DNA from: an uncultured Prochlorococcus sp.
GTDB lineage: Bacteria > Cyanobacteriota > Cyanobacteriia > PCC-6307 > Cyanobiaceae
Assembly: GCA_913048245.1 (NCBI GenBank)
Contig: CAJWWR010000003.1
Location: forward strand, 376-64,375
Direction of reading: 5' to 3'
DNA: 64,000 nt
The notes below the pieces were generated by a model. It did no database searches and had not been told where the DNA came from. It saw nothing but the letters and a program-made list of their open reading frames with translations. A program made the translations under genes and the position numbers. Every line of letters starts with the position of its first letter. The stretch's first letter is position 1. Shown piece by piece: positions 32,547 to 43,307 of this stretch.

Positions 32547-32627
32547 TTTTATTTTTATTTTTAACAAAACCTTTTGAATTTCAACTCTTATTATTAAATT
32601 GTTACTAAGTCTTATTTCATAGTTAAT

Positions 32628-32978
32628 TTGAGGAAAATACCAAAATCAATTTCAGCTCATAATTTAAATGAATGGTTAAATTCAGAGATAGAACAGCCAA
32701 TTATTATTGATGTTAGAGAAGTTTCAGAGTTAGAAATAGTTACACTACCCTTTTCTTTCATTCATATGCCCATGAGTGAAATAACTGTTGATTATTTAAA
32801 ATCCAGATTAAATATTTTAGAGAACAAAAAAATTGTTGTACTCTGTCATATGGGTGTAAGAAGTTTCCATTTTTCACAATGGATGCTGGATAACGATTTT
32901 GCCCATGAGATTTGGAACCTTGAAGAAGGTATAGATGGTTGGTCCCAAAATATAGACCCTCAAATGGCTAGATACTAG
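32628..32978 (+). CDS. Single-domain rhodanese-like protein
   Basis: IIDVRE, VLCHMGVRS active-site loop, NLEEGIDGW. Confidence 0.92.
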   Translation: MRKIPKSISAHNLNEWLNSEIEQPIIIDVREVSELEIVTLPFSFIHMPMSEITVDYLKSRLNILENKKIVVLCHMGVRSFHFSQWMLDNDFAHEIWNLEEGIDGWSQNIDPQMARY

Positions 32979-32979
32979 T

Positions 32980-34230
32980 TTAATTTAGTTCATTCAAACT
33001 TTTAGCAACAGTATTTACGTCTTTATCGCCTCTCCCAGAGCAATTAATAACAATCTCAGTATTTTGAGTCAGAGAGGGACACAATTTTTCAAGCCATGCA
33101 AATGCATGAGCAGTTTCTAAAGCAGGTATTATACCTTCTAACTTGCTGACTAATTTTAATGCTTCTAGAGCTTCTGAATCAGTAACACATCCATATTCTG
33201 CTCTGCCAATTTCTTTAAGATAACTATGCTCAGGTCCAACACCTGGATAATCAAGACCAGCACTAATTGAGTGAGCCTCTTGAACTTGTCCCTCTTCATT
33301 TTGTAAGAGAAGACTCATGGATCCATGTAATATGCCAATACTTCCTTTAGTAATTGTTGCCGCATGCTTATCGCTATCTAGACCACTACCAGCCGCTTCT
33401 ACTCCAATTAATCTGACTTTCTTATTGTTTACAAAAGGGTGAAAGAGTCCCATTGCGTTTGAACCTCCCCCTACACATGCTAATAAAATGTCCGGTGATG
33501 AACCAAAAGCATCAAGACATTGTTGCTTTGTTTCGTTACCAATAACTGCATGAAAATCTCTTACCATCATAGGGTATGGGTGAGGACCCGCTACGGAACC
33601 TAAAATATAGTGCGTGTTTTCTACATTTGAGACCCAATCTCTAATAGCTTCACTTGTGGCATCTTTGAGAGTGGCGGTTCCAGATGTAACTACTTTGACC
33701 TCGGCGCCGAGCAATTTCATTCTAAAAACGTTTAATGATTGTCTTTTGATGTCTTCTTCACCCATATAAATTACGCACTTTAATCCAAATCTTGCACAAA
33801 CTGTTGCTGTAGCTACACCATGTTGGCCAGCACCAGTTTCAGCAATGATTCTTTTCTTACCCATCCTTATAGCCAATAATGCCTGACCTAAAGCATTATT
33901 GATTTTATGAGCTCCAGTATGATTTAGATCTTCTCTTTTTAACCAAATTCTACATCTTACTTTTTCTTTTTCGTAATGTTTCGTCAATCGCTCGGCTTCA
34001 TATAGAGGTGTTGCTCTTCCTACGTAGTTTTTTAGCAATTGTTTCAATTGTGAGTTAAATTCTGTATCTGACCAAGCATCTTTAAAAGCTTTTTCTAACT
34101 CAAGTAAAGCTGGCATTAGTGTTTCTGGGACATATTGTCCACCATATTGTCCATATCTACCATGATTATTCGGAAGACTGGGAGCACCTTTTTTGTCTTC
34201 TTGATTATTTAGAGAAATAGAACCTACCAA
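32980..34230 (-). CDS. trpB: Tryptophan synthase beta chain
   Basis: [43 protein letters not shown]; start set at TTG 34230. Confidence 0.97.
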   Translation of the reverse strand: MVGSISLNNQEDKKGAPSLPNNHGRYGQYGGQYVPETLMPALLELEKAFKDAWSDTEFNSQLKQLLKNYVGRATPLYEAERLTKHYEKEKVRCRIWLKREDLNHTGAHKINNALGQALLAIRMGKKRIIAETGAGQHGVATATVCARFGLKCVIYMGEEDIKRQSLNVFRMKLLGAEVKVVTSGTATLKDATSEAIRDWVSNVENTHYILGSVAGPHPYPMMVRDFHAVIGNETKQQCLDAFGSSPDILLACVGGGSNAMGLFHPFVNNKKVRLIGVEAAGSGLDSDKHAATITKGSIGILHGSMSLLLQNEEGQVQEAHSISAGLDYPGVGPEHSYLKEIGRAEYGCVTDSEALEALKLVSKLEGIIPALETAHAFAWLEKLCPSLTQNTEIVINCSGRGDKDVNTVAKSLNELN

Positions 34231-34277
34231 CTTTTTATGATGTATCATTAATTCCACTATAGATTAATCTAAATAAT

Positions 34278-34586
34278 ATGCGAAAAAAAAATTGGATTGA
34301 ATTTGACAATAGACAAAATCTTAATGAAAGAAAACGTGAAACTCCTCTTCCTACAAATAATTCAAAAATAAAAATACATACCCAAAAAAAAGGCAAAAAA
34401 GGTAAAACGATAACACTTATAGAGGGTCTGAAATTTCAAGAAGATCAAAAATATAAGAAATTACTTAAGGATTTGAAGATTTTTTGTGGTACTGGTGGCG
34501 CTATCAATGGTGAAGAAATTTGCTTACAGGGTAGCCTGGTAGAAAAGGTCAAAGAATTTCTACGTAAAGATGGCTATCTTTTGTAA
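34278..34586 (+). CDS. yciH: SUI1/YciH translation factor
   Basis: KKGKKGKTITLIEG, LKIFCGTGG, ICLQG. Confidence 0.88.
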   Translation: MRKKNWIEFDNRQNLNERKRETPLPTNNSKIKIHTQKKGKKGKTITLIEGLKFQEDQKYKKLLKDLKIFCGTGGAINGEEICLQGSLVEKVKEFLRKDGYLL

Positions 34587-34636
34587 AGTTTTCCAGGTTA
34601 AAATAAGCACTGAACAATATTTGTTAATTAAACATA

Positions 34637-35263
34637 ATGAAGCAATCGGATCCTCAAATTTCTGATAAAAATATAAAATGGCATCACTTAACTGTTGATA
34701 GAGAGAAATTAGAGAATATGCGTGGTCATAAGGGGATGGTTCTGTGGTTTACTGGGTTGTCTGGCTCAGGGAAAAGTACTTTAGCTAATGCCCTAAATGA
34801 TTATTTACATAAACAAGGATTATCAACATTTATACTGGATGGAGACAATATAAGACATGGTTTATGTAAAGATTTAGGATTTTCTGATAAAGATAGAGAA
34901 GAAAATATTCGAAGAATAGGAGAAGTAGCTAATTTATTTATGAATGCAGGGATAATCACTATCACTGCTTTTGTTTCTCCTTTTCAAACAGATCGAGACA
35001 AAGTAAGAAAAATAATAGGAAATGATTTTATTGAGGTCTTTTGTGCTGCTAATCTCGAGGTTTGTGAGCAAAGGGATACAAAGGGACTATATAAAAAGGC
35101 TCGATTAGGAGAAATTAATGATTTCACTGGAATATCGAGTCCATATGAGATTCCTTCTAATCCTGAAATTACTGTTAATACAGGCACACTAAATTTGAGT
35201 GAATCCGTTGAAAAGATCGTAAATTTTTTAACTGAAAAAGATCGAATAAACTTAAGTTCTTAA
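34637..35263 (+). CDS. cysC: Adenylyl-sulfate kinase
   Basis: WFTGLSGSGKST, LDGDNIRHGL, RDTKGLY, FTGISSPYE. Confidence 0.97.
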   Translation: MKQSDPQISDKNIKWHHLTVDREKLENMRGHKGMVLWFTGLSGSGKSTLANALNDYLHKQGLSTFILDGDNIRHGLCKDLGFSDKDREENIRRIGEVANLFMNAGIITITAFVSPFQTDRDKVRKIIGNDFIEVFCAANLEVCEQRDTKGLYKKARLGEINDFTGISSPYEIPSNPEITVNTGTLNLSESVEKIVNFLTEKDRINLSS

Positions 35264-35280
35264 ATTAGTTAAAGTAACTC

Positions 35281-35817
35281 TTAAGAATTCTTGAGATAAT
35301 TTTCTGCTCCCATTCTTTGGAGATTAGTATTTGCCATAACTACTTTTTGATGAAGTTTTTCTTTGTATGATTTTAGTTTCTTGTTTATCGATTTTTCGAA
35401 CAAACTTATGATCTGAATTGCTAATAAACCTGCATTATGGGCACCATTAATAGCAACAGTAGCAACTGGAACCCCAGCTGGCATTTGAACTATTGATAAT
35501 AAAGAATCAATACCATTTAGTGTTTTGCTTTGAACCGGAACCCCAACAACAGGAATAGTTGTTGTTGAAGCAATCATGCCTGGTAAGTGGGCAGCTCCTC
35601 CTGCTCCAGCTATTATAACTTTTATATTATTTGATTCTGCTTCTCTGGCATATTTAATCATTTCAGCTGGAGTCCTATGCGCTGATAAAACACATACCTC
35701 AAAATTGATCTCAAAATCTTCAATAATTTCAATGGCAGGCTTCATTGTTTGAAGATCTGAGTCACTTCCCATGACAATGGCAATTTTATAAATAGACCCT
35801 GAATTAGATGTAGACAA
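35281..35817 (-). CDS. purE: N5-CAIR mutase
   Basis: MGSDSD, SAHRTP, AGAGGAAHLPG, SIVQMP. Confidence 0.97.
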   Translation of the reverse strand: MSTSNSGSIYKIAIVMGSDSDLQTMKPAIEIIEDFEINFEVCVLSAHRTPAEMIKYAREAESNNIKVIIAGAGGAAHLPGMIASTTTIPVVGVPVQSKTLNGIDSLLSIVQMPAGVPVATVAINGAHNAGLLAIQIISLFEKSINKKLKSYKEKLHQKVVMANTNLQRMGAENYLKNS

Positions 35818-35906
35818 AATAACAAAACAATTCTTTTCTTATCATGACGTGCTATTAGTTGAACGCTAGTTAGTTAATATTAAAAAAATATTTTGTAAAG
35901 AAATTT

Positions 35907-36608
35907 ATGAACAACAGTAAGAATCTCGAGAAAACAGAAGTTAAAGATTACTTTAATGGTACTGGATTCGATAGGTGGAGGAGAATTTATAGTAAATCTG
36001 ATGATGTAAATACTGTTCAAAAGAATATTAGAATAGGTCATCAGAAAACAGTTGATGATGTCATTGATTGGATTGAAAAAGATTCCCTGTTTTTAGAAAA
36101 AAAATTTTGTGATGCAGGTTGTGGCGTAGGTAGCCTCACATTGCCTCTTTTAAAAATGGGAATTAGCAATATTCAGGTAAGTGATATTTCTGCATCTATG
36201 ATTATTGAAACAAAAAAAAGAATTAAAAATTCTGGTCTTAGTCCTAAAAATATTCAATTTAAAACATGCGATTTGGAAAGATTAACTGGAAATTTCGATT
36301 ATGTAATTTGCCTAGATGTTTTTATACATTATCCTCAGGCTGTAGCTGAGGAAATGGTTAAACATCTTTGTGATTTAAGTGAATCCAAGCTCATTGTAAG
36401 CTTTGCTCCTTATACGCCTTTTTTAGCAGTTTTGAAAAATATTGGAAAATTATTTCCTGGACCCAGCAAAACCACAAGGGCTTATACATTAAAGGAAAAA
36501 GGAATAATAAATGCTGCCAAAGAGAAAGGGTTTGAAGTTGTTCAACAAAAATTGAACAAAGCACCTTTTTATTTTTCAAAACTGATTGAATTTAAAAAAA
36601 TAAATTAG
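35907..36608 (+). CDS. chlM: Mg-protoporphyrin IX methyltransferase
   Basis: YFNGTGFDRW, DAGCGVG, CLDVFIHYP, FPGPSKTTRAY. Confidence 0.96.
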   Translation: MNNSKNLEKTEVKDYFNGTGFDRWRRIYSKSDDVNTVQKNIRIGHQKTVDDVIDWIEKDSLFLEKKFCDAGCGVGSLTLPLLKMGISNIQVSDISASMIIETKKRIKNSGLSPKNIQFKTCDLERLTGNFDYVICLDVFIHYPQAVAEEMVKHLCDLSESKLIVSFAPYTPFLAVLKNIGKLFPGPSKTTRAYTLKEKGIINAAKEKGFEVVQQKLNKAPFYFSKLIEFKKIN

Positions 36609-36609
36609 A

Positions 36610-37335
36610 CTATGTAACTAAATGATTCTCAAGAGCGTATCTAACTAGTTCAGTACGACTAGAAGTAGATGTTTTAATAAATAATCTACTCACATATTTC
36701 TCAACATTCCTAATAGAAGTTTCTAATTTTCTTGCTATTTCTTTATTCATTAAACCTTCTGCCACTAGTTGCAATACACTTTCTTCTCTAGGGGTAAAAC
36801 TTGGCAGTGATGATGAATCATCTTGATTTGCTGGATTATTTTTTGTCAACATTGATCTTATCTCAGTAATTTGTTTTGCCATTTTGCTGACATCAATATC
36901 TGCAAATTTTGCGGCTTCTTTAAGTAATCTTTCTTGTCTATTAATGACATTTCTTACTCTTGCTGAAAGTTCTTCAGGATTAAAAGGTTTTGCAATATAG
37001 TCATCAACGCCTGCTAAATATCCTTGAGTTCTATCAAGGGTCATACCTTTAGCCGTTAAAAAAATAAGAGGGGTTCCACTCAATCTCTCATCTCCTCTAA
37101 CTCTCTCTAATAATTCATAGCCATTACATCTTGGCATCATTATGTCACTAATGATCAGATCTGGATAAAATTTTTGAGCTTTTTCCCAGCCATCTTCTCC
37201 ATCTAATGCAACTGTTACCTCAAAACCTTCATCTTCAAGAAAAGTTTTTACTGCATTTCTTAAACCAGGTTCATCATCGACAAGTAAAATTTGTGATTTT
37301 TTTGTTGTTTCTTTAAGATTATTAGAACTATCCAT
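36610..37335 (-). CDS. ycf29: NarL-family response regulator (Rre1/Ycf29-like)
   Basis: Receiver domain VDDEPG...SDIMMP...FLTAKG; LuxR HTH GLMNKEIAR...RNVEKYVSRLF...RTELVRYALE. Confidence 0.82.
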   Translation of the reverse strand: MDSSNNLKETTKKSQILLVDDEPGLRNAVKTFLEDEGFEVTVALDGEDGWEKAQKFYPDLIISDIMMPRCNGYELLERVRGDERLSGTPLIFLTAKGMTLDRTQGYLAGVDDYIAKPFNPEELSARVRNVINRQERLLKEAAKFADIDVSKMAKQITEIRSMLTKNNPANQDDSSSLPSFTPREESVLQLVAEGLMNKEIARKLETSIRNVEKYVSRLFIKTSTSSRTELVRYALENHLVT

Positions 37336-37389
37336 TTGTTAGTGAGTGAAATTAAATGAACTTACTGAAAATTTTATATACTAAAAATT

Positions 37390-38541
37390 ATGCTAACAAG
37401 TCCTATTTTACTAGACTACCAGTCATCAACTCCTTGTTTAGATGAAGTTGTTGAATCTATGAATCCATTTTGGACTAAAAACTTTGCAAATCCATCTAGT
37501 AAATCAAATTTAGCGAATATTAACGCTAGTGCAGTTCTTGAAGTTTCAAGAGAGAGAATAAAAGAATATTTAAATCTCAAGAAAAAGAAGATTATATTTA
37601 CAAGTGGAGCAACTGAATCAAATAATTTAGCATTAATTGGATATGCAAGAAATTTCTTTAAGAATAATGGCAAGTATGGACATATTATTACACTCAAAAC
37701 AGAACATCAAGCAGTTTTAGAACCCTTACGAAAATTACAAAAAGAGGGATATTCTTTAACTGAAATAGAACCTGAAGAAGATGGATTGATTTCACAAAAG
37801 AAATTCCTTGATGCGTTAAAACCAGAAACATTTTTGGTTAGCATAATGCTTGCAAACAATGAAATTGGAGTTATTCAACCTTTGGAATGGATTGCTTCAA
37901 TTTGCAAGTCTAAAGGAATTATTTTTCATAGTGATGCCGCTCAATGCATTGGTTTCATGCCAATGCCAGATTTAGACTTATTGGCTAATATGATTACTTT
38001 TAGCTCTCACAAGATATATGGTCCAAAAGGTGTAGGACTTTTAATTATCGATGAAGGGATTGAAATAGAACCATTAAGCCTTGGGGGTGGACAAGAATTT
38101 GGATTAAGGCCTGGAACTATCCCTCTACCTCTGGTTGTAGGTTTCACAAAAGCTATTGAGATAGCAATTAATAATAATTCGCAAAATGCAGAGCAACTTT
38201 CTTTTTATAGAGATAATTTGCTTAAAGGTTTGCAAGAAAATATTCCTTCTATTGTAGTAAATGGATCAATGGATAAAAGATTACCTCATAATTTGAATAT
38301 TACATTTTTAGATGTTAATGGGTCTCTCTTGCATAAAAGATTAAAATCAAAAATTATTTGTTCAAGTGGATCAGCCTGTAGTAACGGTAAACCCTCGCAT
38401 GTTTTACTTGCATTAGGAAAATCTCTAAGAGAAGCTGAGGCATCTATCAGATTAAGTATTGGTTTAATGACTTCTTCAGATGATATTGAAAAAACTATTA
38501 TTGAAATCTCAAAGATAATTGAAATTATAAAATATAAATAA
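37390..38541 (+). CDS. iscS: Cysteine desulfurase (IscS/NifS group I)
   Basis: LDYQSSTP, FTSGATESNN, NNEIG, SSHKIYGPKG, SSGSACS. Confidence 0.9.
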   Translation: MLTSPILLDYQSSTPCLDEVVESMNPFWTKNFANPSSKSNLANINASAVLEVSRERIKEYLNLKKKKIIFTSGATESNNLALIGYARNFFKNNGKYGHIITLKTEHQAVLEPLRKLQKEGYSLTEIEPEEDGLISQKKFLDALKPETFLVSIMLANNEIGVIQPLEWIASICKSKGIIFHSDAAQCIGFMPMPDLDLLANMITFSSHKIYGPKGVGLLIIDEGIEIEPLSLGGGQEFGLRPGTIPLPLVVGFTKAIEIAINNNSQNAEQLSFYRDNLLKGLQENIPSIVVNGSMDKRLPHNLNITFLDVNGSLLHKRLKSKIICSSGSACSNGKPSHVLLALGKSLREAEASIRLSIGLMTSSDDIEKTIIEISKIIEIIKYK

Positions 38542-38547
38542 ATTCAT

Positions 38548-39450
38548 TTAATTTAGTTGTCCAATTCTCAATTTAGCACTTCTTGATCTTTTATTTGCAA
38601 TCAGTTCGCTTGCAGAGGGAGTTATAGGTTTTTTATTTATAGGTTTAAATCTAATGTCATTTTTGAAATGATTTTTGACTAATCTATCTTCTATTGAATG
38701 AAAACTTATAATTGAAATTATGCCTCCAGGCAGAAGCCAATTTGAAGCATTATCTAATAGTTTCTGTAAAACATCTATTTCTTGATTTACAGCAATTCTT
38801 AGGGCTTGAAAGGTCCTAGTTGCAGGATGAATTTTCCTGTATCTTTGTTTGGGAGGAAAGCAACCGGCTATAGTATAAGCTAAGTCTTTAGTTCCTGAGA
38901 AATTTCCTCTTTCTTTTATTTCTTTTTTGATTTTACGTGCGATTTTTCGTGATAGTCTCTCATCACCATATTGATAAATTAAATCAGCTAAATCTTTTTC
39001 ACTAATTTTATTTATTAACTTCTCAGCTGTCATTTCTAAGGAAGGATTCATACGCATATCTAATGGCCCGTCCTTTTGGATACTAAATCCTCTCTCTGGG
39101 TTATCAATTTGATTACTATTAACTCCTAGATCTGCAATAATAAAAGAAACCTTATGGGAAGGTAAATATTCTCCAAAATTGCAGGCATCGATCACAATTC
39201 TATTTTGGAATTCTTTTAAATTAATACTTGATGCAATTCTTGCATGAGGGTCTTGATCAAGTCCCAATATTTTTAAATTTTGGTACTTTTTTAATAACTC
39301 ATAAGTATGCCCACCGCCTCCCAAGGTGGCATCAATTCCATGGAATTCTTTGAATGTAATATGTGGGCAATAATCTATAGAATCTAGGATTTCTTGCTTC
39401 ATTACAGATTTGTGATTAAACAAAGATAAATTAGTGGAGTCATTTTCCAT
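38548..39450 (-). CDS. rsmH: 16S rRNA m4C1402 methyltransferase
   Basis: HKSVM, DATLGGGGH, GPLDMRM, HPATRTFQALRIAVN, SFHSIEDR, RSRSAKLR. Confidence 0.96.
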   Translation of the reverse strand: MENDSTNLSLFNHKSVMKQEILDSIDYCPHITFKEFHGIDATLGGGGHTYELLKKYQNLKILGLDQDPHARIASSINLKEFQNRIVIDACNFGEYLPSHKVSFIIADLGVNSNQIDNPERGFSIQKDGPLDMRMNPSLEMTAEKLINKISEKDLADLIYQYGDERLSRKIARKIKKEIKERGNFSGTKDLAYTIAGCFPPKQRYRKIHPATRTFQALRIAVNQEIDVLQKLLDNASNWLLPGGIISIISFHSIEDRLVKNHFKNDIRFKPINKKPITPSASELIANKRSRSAKLRIGQLN

Positions 39451-39488
39451 AACTTTCTACTAGTATTTAATTAGAACTTTAATTTTCA

Positions 39489-40676
39489 ATGGCTCAATTA
39501 GAGACAAGAACTGAACCAATGGTTGTGAATTTTGGTCCACATCATCCATCGATGCATGGAGTTCTTAGATTGGTTGTGACTCTAGATGGAGAGAATGTCA
39601 TTGATTGTGAACCGGTAATAGGCTATTTGCACAGGGGTATGGAAAAAATAGCTGAGAATAGAACAAATGTGATGTATGTCCCTTATGTAAGCAGAATGGA
39701 TTATGCCGCTGGTATGTTTTATGAAGCTATTGTAGTAAATGCGCCAGAAAAGCTGGCAAATATTACTGTCCCCAGACGCGCAAGTTATATCCGAGTAATA
39801 ATGTTAGAACTTAACAGAATTGCAAATCATCTACTTTGGCTTGGTCCTTTTCTGGCTGATGTTGGAGCACAAACACCTTTCTTCTACATTTTTAGAGAAA
39901 GAGAAATGATTTATGATCTTTGGGAAGCCGCAACCGGTCAAAGATTAATTAATAACAATTATTTTAGAATTGGAGGTGTGGCTTGTGATTTACCTTACGG
40001 ATGGCTTGATAAATGTATTGATTTTTGTGAATGGTTTGGCCCGAAGATTGATGAGTATGAGAAATTAATAACTAATAATCCAATTTTTAGAAGAAGGATA
40101 GAGGGTTTAGGAACTATTAATAGAGAACAAGCTATTAATTGGTCCTTATCAGGACCTATGTTAAGAGCATCAGGAGTATCATGGGATTTACGAAAAGCTG
40201 ATAAATATGAATGCTACGAAGATTTTGATTGGGAAATTGCATCTGCTAAAGAGGGAGATTGTTATGCTCGCTATAGAGTAAGAATTGAAGAAATGAGACA
40301 GTCTCTAAAAATAATCCGTCAAGCATGTGAGATGATTCCGGGAGGCCCTACTGAAAATTTAGAGGCAAAGAGAATGGCCGCAGAGGATAAAAAAAGTGAA
40401 ATTTTTGGTTTAGATTACCAGTATGTATCAAAAAAAGTTGCACCTACTTTTAAAATTCCAAATGGAGAATTGTATACAAGGCTCGAATCAGGAAAGGGAG
40501 AAATAGGGGTATTCATTCAGGGAAATAACGAAGTCACACCTTGGAGATTTAAAATAAGAGCCGCAGATCTTAATAACTTACAAATATTACCTCATATCCT
40601 TAAAGGAAATAAGATTGCTGATATTATGGCAATACTGGGATCTATTGATGTAATCATGGGATCAGTTGATAGATAA
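39489..40676 (+). CDS. ndhH: NDH-1 subunit H
   Basis: [24 protein letters not shown]-terminal GSVDR. Confidence 0.97.
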   Translation: MAQLETRTEPMVVNFGPHHPSMHGVLRLVVTLDGENVIDCEPVIGYLHRGMEKIAENRTNVMYVPYVSRMDYAAGMFYEAIVVNAPEKLANITVPRRASYIRVIMLELNRIANHLLWLGPFLADVGAQTPFFYIFREREMIYDLWEAATGQRLINNNYFRIGGVACDLPYGWLDKCIDFCEWFGPKIDEYEKLITNNPIFRRRIEGLGTINREQAINWSLSGPMLRASGVSWDLRKADKYECYEDFDWEIASAKEGDCYARYRVRIEEMRQSLKIIRQACEMIPGGPTENLEAKRMAAEDKKSEIFGLDYQYVSKKVAPTFKIPNGELYTRLESGKGEIGVFIQGNNEVTPWRFKIRAADLNNLQILPHILKGNKIADIMAILGSIDVIMGSVDR

Positions 40677-40683
40677 TTTTTTG

Positions 40684-41133
40684 ATGAAATCTGATTATTG
40701 GTTACGATTGGAAAGGAAAGTTAAATTTGGAGAATGTGATTCAGCAGGTGTTATACATTTTCATAATTTATTAGACTGGGCACATCAATCCTGGGAAGAA
40801 AGTATTGAAAAATATGGCATATCTTCTATGGATATATTTCCTTCTATCACAAATAAAATTGATAGAGCTTTACCCATTATTAACTGTGAGGCTAATTTCT
40901 ATGCTCCCATAGAACTTGGTTGTAATCTTGATATATCTATAAAACCTACAAAAATAAATAATCACTTATTTAAAGTTGAAACTATTTTTATTTGTAATTC
41001 CAAGAAAGTGGCAAATGTAAATATTGTGCATTGTTCAATCGATATTAAAACAAAAAAAAAGATAGATTTACCCCAATCCTTAGAACTATGGATTGAGGCA
41101 TCAAATTTAGAAAATAAGATTATGGAATGTTAA
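40684..41133 (+). CDS. 1,4-dihydroxy-2-naphthoyl-CoA hydrolase (hotdog thioesterase)
   Basis: VKFGECDSAGVIHF, LPIINCEANF; adjacent to the men cluster. Confidence 0.85.
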   Translation: MKSDYWLRLERKVKFGECDSAGVIHFHNLLDWAHQSWEESIEKYGISSMDIFPSITNKIDRALPIINCEANFYAPIELGCNLDISIKPTKINNHLFKVETIFICNSKKVANVNIVHCSIDIKTKKKIDLPQSLELWIEASNLENKIMEC

Positions 41134-41142
41134 TTCATCAGT

Positions 41143-42342
41143 CTAAATATCTTTCCAACTATTTTTTTTTTCTAGAGACTTTATTTTTAGACTAGTTGGT
41201 CTTTCATGCCTAGGCCAATCCAAGCAATATCTTTCAATTATTTTTAAGGATACTTTTCTTCTTTTTGATGTTATTTGTTTTTCGAAATCTAGGTAAACTT
41301 CAAATTTATTTTCCCAAATCTCATCCTCTATAAGACAAATTAATATATTTATTATTGGTAATTTTTCTGATGCGATTATTTCTTTCAATTTCTTTTTAAT
41401 TACTTCAGGGTATACAGTTTCCCCTCCAGATTGAAATGCATTATCAGCCCTTCCTAAAAACTTAAGAAAAACGCGATGATTGATGGTAGTTATTTCTCCC
41501 AGGTCGCTACTCGCCCACCATCCATCAATATTTGCGAAAGGTTTTGTTTCTATGGGACTTATATATTCAGATCCTAACCTTTTTGATTTAATAGTAATTA
41601 GACTTTTTTGATTAATTTTCAAATCAATGTCTTTTAATGGTTCACCTAATGTATTGTTTCCCTTTAAAAAGTCTGAAGGTTTTAAACAGGTTATCATTGC
41701 TGCAGTTTCAGTAGTTCCATAACATGGAGCTAATTTGATTTTTTCTTTTCTACATTGATCAGCAACATCTTTAGAAATTGATGAACCTCCGATCCAAATC
41801 ACATCAAAAAGTTTTAACCATGCTATTCCTTGACCTTCCTTTAATAGTCTGTTTAGTTGAGTTGGTACTAGAGAGGTAATTAGATTGTTTTTGTTTTTAT
41901 CTTTTAATGAAATTGTTTGTTGATATAGATTATTAGTCTTTTTGATTAGTTGAGGAGGGATCGATATATATTTGCAATTCCATTGCTTACTTCTCCACAA
42001 TGGCATAAGACCGCTTATATGGTTTAGAGGAAGAGTATTAAATATAAAACAATTTTCTAATTCAATGCCTAGATCTTTTAACCATGCACCAGAAGAAATA
42101 GCTGAAGCATCTAAATTATGAATTGTGTGGATACATCTTTTAGCTACATTCATGCTACCGCTACTGTTCAAGATAATAGCAGGGGTTTCCAAGTTGGTTT
42201 GTATAGATTTTGCATCCCAAGAATTTTTGGAATTTGTTATGTATATTATTTTTTTTTCTTTAATATTCTTTAAAACTAATTCTGCACTTATATCTTCATT
42301 ATGTTGAACAATAATTCTTACGATCTTGGAATTAATATTCAT
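41143..42342 (-). CDS. menE: O-succinylbenzoate-CoA ligase (short, divergent)
   Basis: LPLNHISG, SLVPTQL, WIGGS, YGTTET, SDLG, GRADN, SGGETVYP; men cluster context. Confidence 0.85.
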   Translation of the reverse strand: MNINSKIVRIIVQHNEDISAELVLKNIKEKKIIYITNSKNSWDAKSIQTNLETPAIILNSSGSMNVAKRCIHTIHNLDASAISSGAWLKDLGIELENCFIFNTLPLNHISGLMPLWRSKQWNCKYISIPPQLIKKTNNLYQQTISLKDKNKNNLITSLVPTQLNRLLKEGQGIAWLKLFDVIWIGGSSISKDVADQCRKEKIKLAPCYGTTETAAMITCLKPSDFLKGNNTLGEPLKDIDLKINQKSLITIKSKRLGSEYISPIETKPFANIDGWWASSDLGEITTINHRVFLKFLGRADNAFQSGGETVYPEVIKKKLKEIIASEKLPIINILICLIEDEIWENKFEVYLDFEKQITSKRRKVSLKIIERYCLDWPRHERPTSLKIKSLEKKNSWKDI

Positions 42343-43307
42343 AATTTATCCCATATTAGTTCGGCATTATTTGAAAAAAGAGAAGTTTTTGGAGTTTGTT
42401 TTAGAGCTAAACCAGGCACTTTTGGAGTTGGCCCTTTTAATTGAAGAAAAGCAAGTTGATTGATAATTCTTCTGCCTATTCCAGTTTCAAACGATGTGCT
42501 GATTGCTCTGTAAGCTTTTTTATTCTCTAATTCTTTCAATAGCTTAATCGGATTTTTCTCTTGAGAAGGTCTTCTAATTTGCCATCCATTCCATTTATTA
42601 ATTAAGTGTGGATGTTTTAAAAGAGATTCATCTAATGCTACAGGAATTTTTTTTTGAAGTGAATTTAGCCCTTCTAGGTCATCTTCAGATAATGGCTGCT
42701 CCAGCCAGTCGAGATTATAAATATCTTTTAGAATATCTGCCCATCGAGTTGCTACTTCTCTATTCCAAGTACCATTAGGGTCTATTCTGAGTCTTATTTT
42801 TTCGTTTATTAGGTTAAGAATCTCTTCTAACAACAATTCCTCTGATTTCCTATCTTTTATTCCCACCTTCCATTTTAAAGTAATCGGTTCTGATATTGAT
42901 ATGGGCTTTTTCATGTGAATATATATTTCATCTAAAATATTTTCCGAATCGCATAGAATTGCAGATTGGTAAATTTTATCAAATCTATGTTCTCTATCAA
43001 AAACCAGTTCTCCATTTAGTTCTGCTAAGGCAGTATTTAATCCAGATTGAACGCAAGGGTGAAATTTTTTAATTTGCTTTAGTAGCTCTGATCTTTCCAA
43101 ATAATCGGGTATTAAGGCAATATCTTTTTCACATGCTTTAATATTTTCTGGATATAAAGGTGATACCTCTCCAAAGCCGATTTTATTATCTTCATTATTT
43201 TCTAATTTAATAATCCATCCTTTTTTTGATATTAATTGCTTTCTTGAATTAGTAACAGACTTAGCAAGTCTGAAAAAAAAATATTTTTTTTTAAAAAGTA
43301 TTTTCAT
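42339..43307 (-). CDS. menC: O-succinylbenzoate synthase
   Basis: GFGEVSPL, KWKVG, RIDPNG, LEQP, ALDESL, SFETGIG. Confidence 0.9.
   Translation of the reverse strand: MKILFKKKYFFFRLAKSVTNSRKQLISKKGWIIKLENNEDNKIGFGEVSPLYPENIKACEKDIALIPDYLERSELLKQIKKFHPCVQSGLNTALAELNGELVFDREHRFDKIYQSAILCDSENILDEIYIHMKKPISISEPITLKWKVGIKDRKSEELLLEEILNLINEKIRLRIDPNGTWNREVATRWADILKDIYNLDWLEQPLSEDDLEGLNSLQKKIPVALDESLLKHPHLINKWNGWQIRRPSQEKNPIKLLKELENKKAYRAISTSFETGIGRRIINQLAFLQLKGPTPKVPGLALKQTPKTSLFSNNAELIWDKL

Noticed and set aside
43270-43300. A/T homopolymer runs (for example at the menC 5' end) as phase-variation tracts
   Set aside because: Runs of 8-9 A or T are frequent throughout this low-GC window, and all affected frames are intact.
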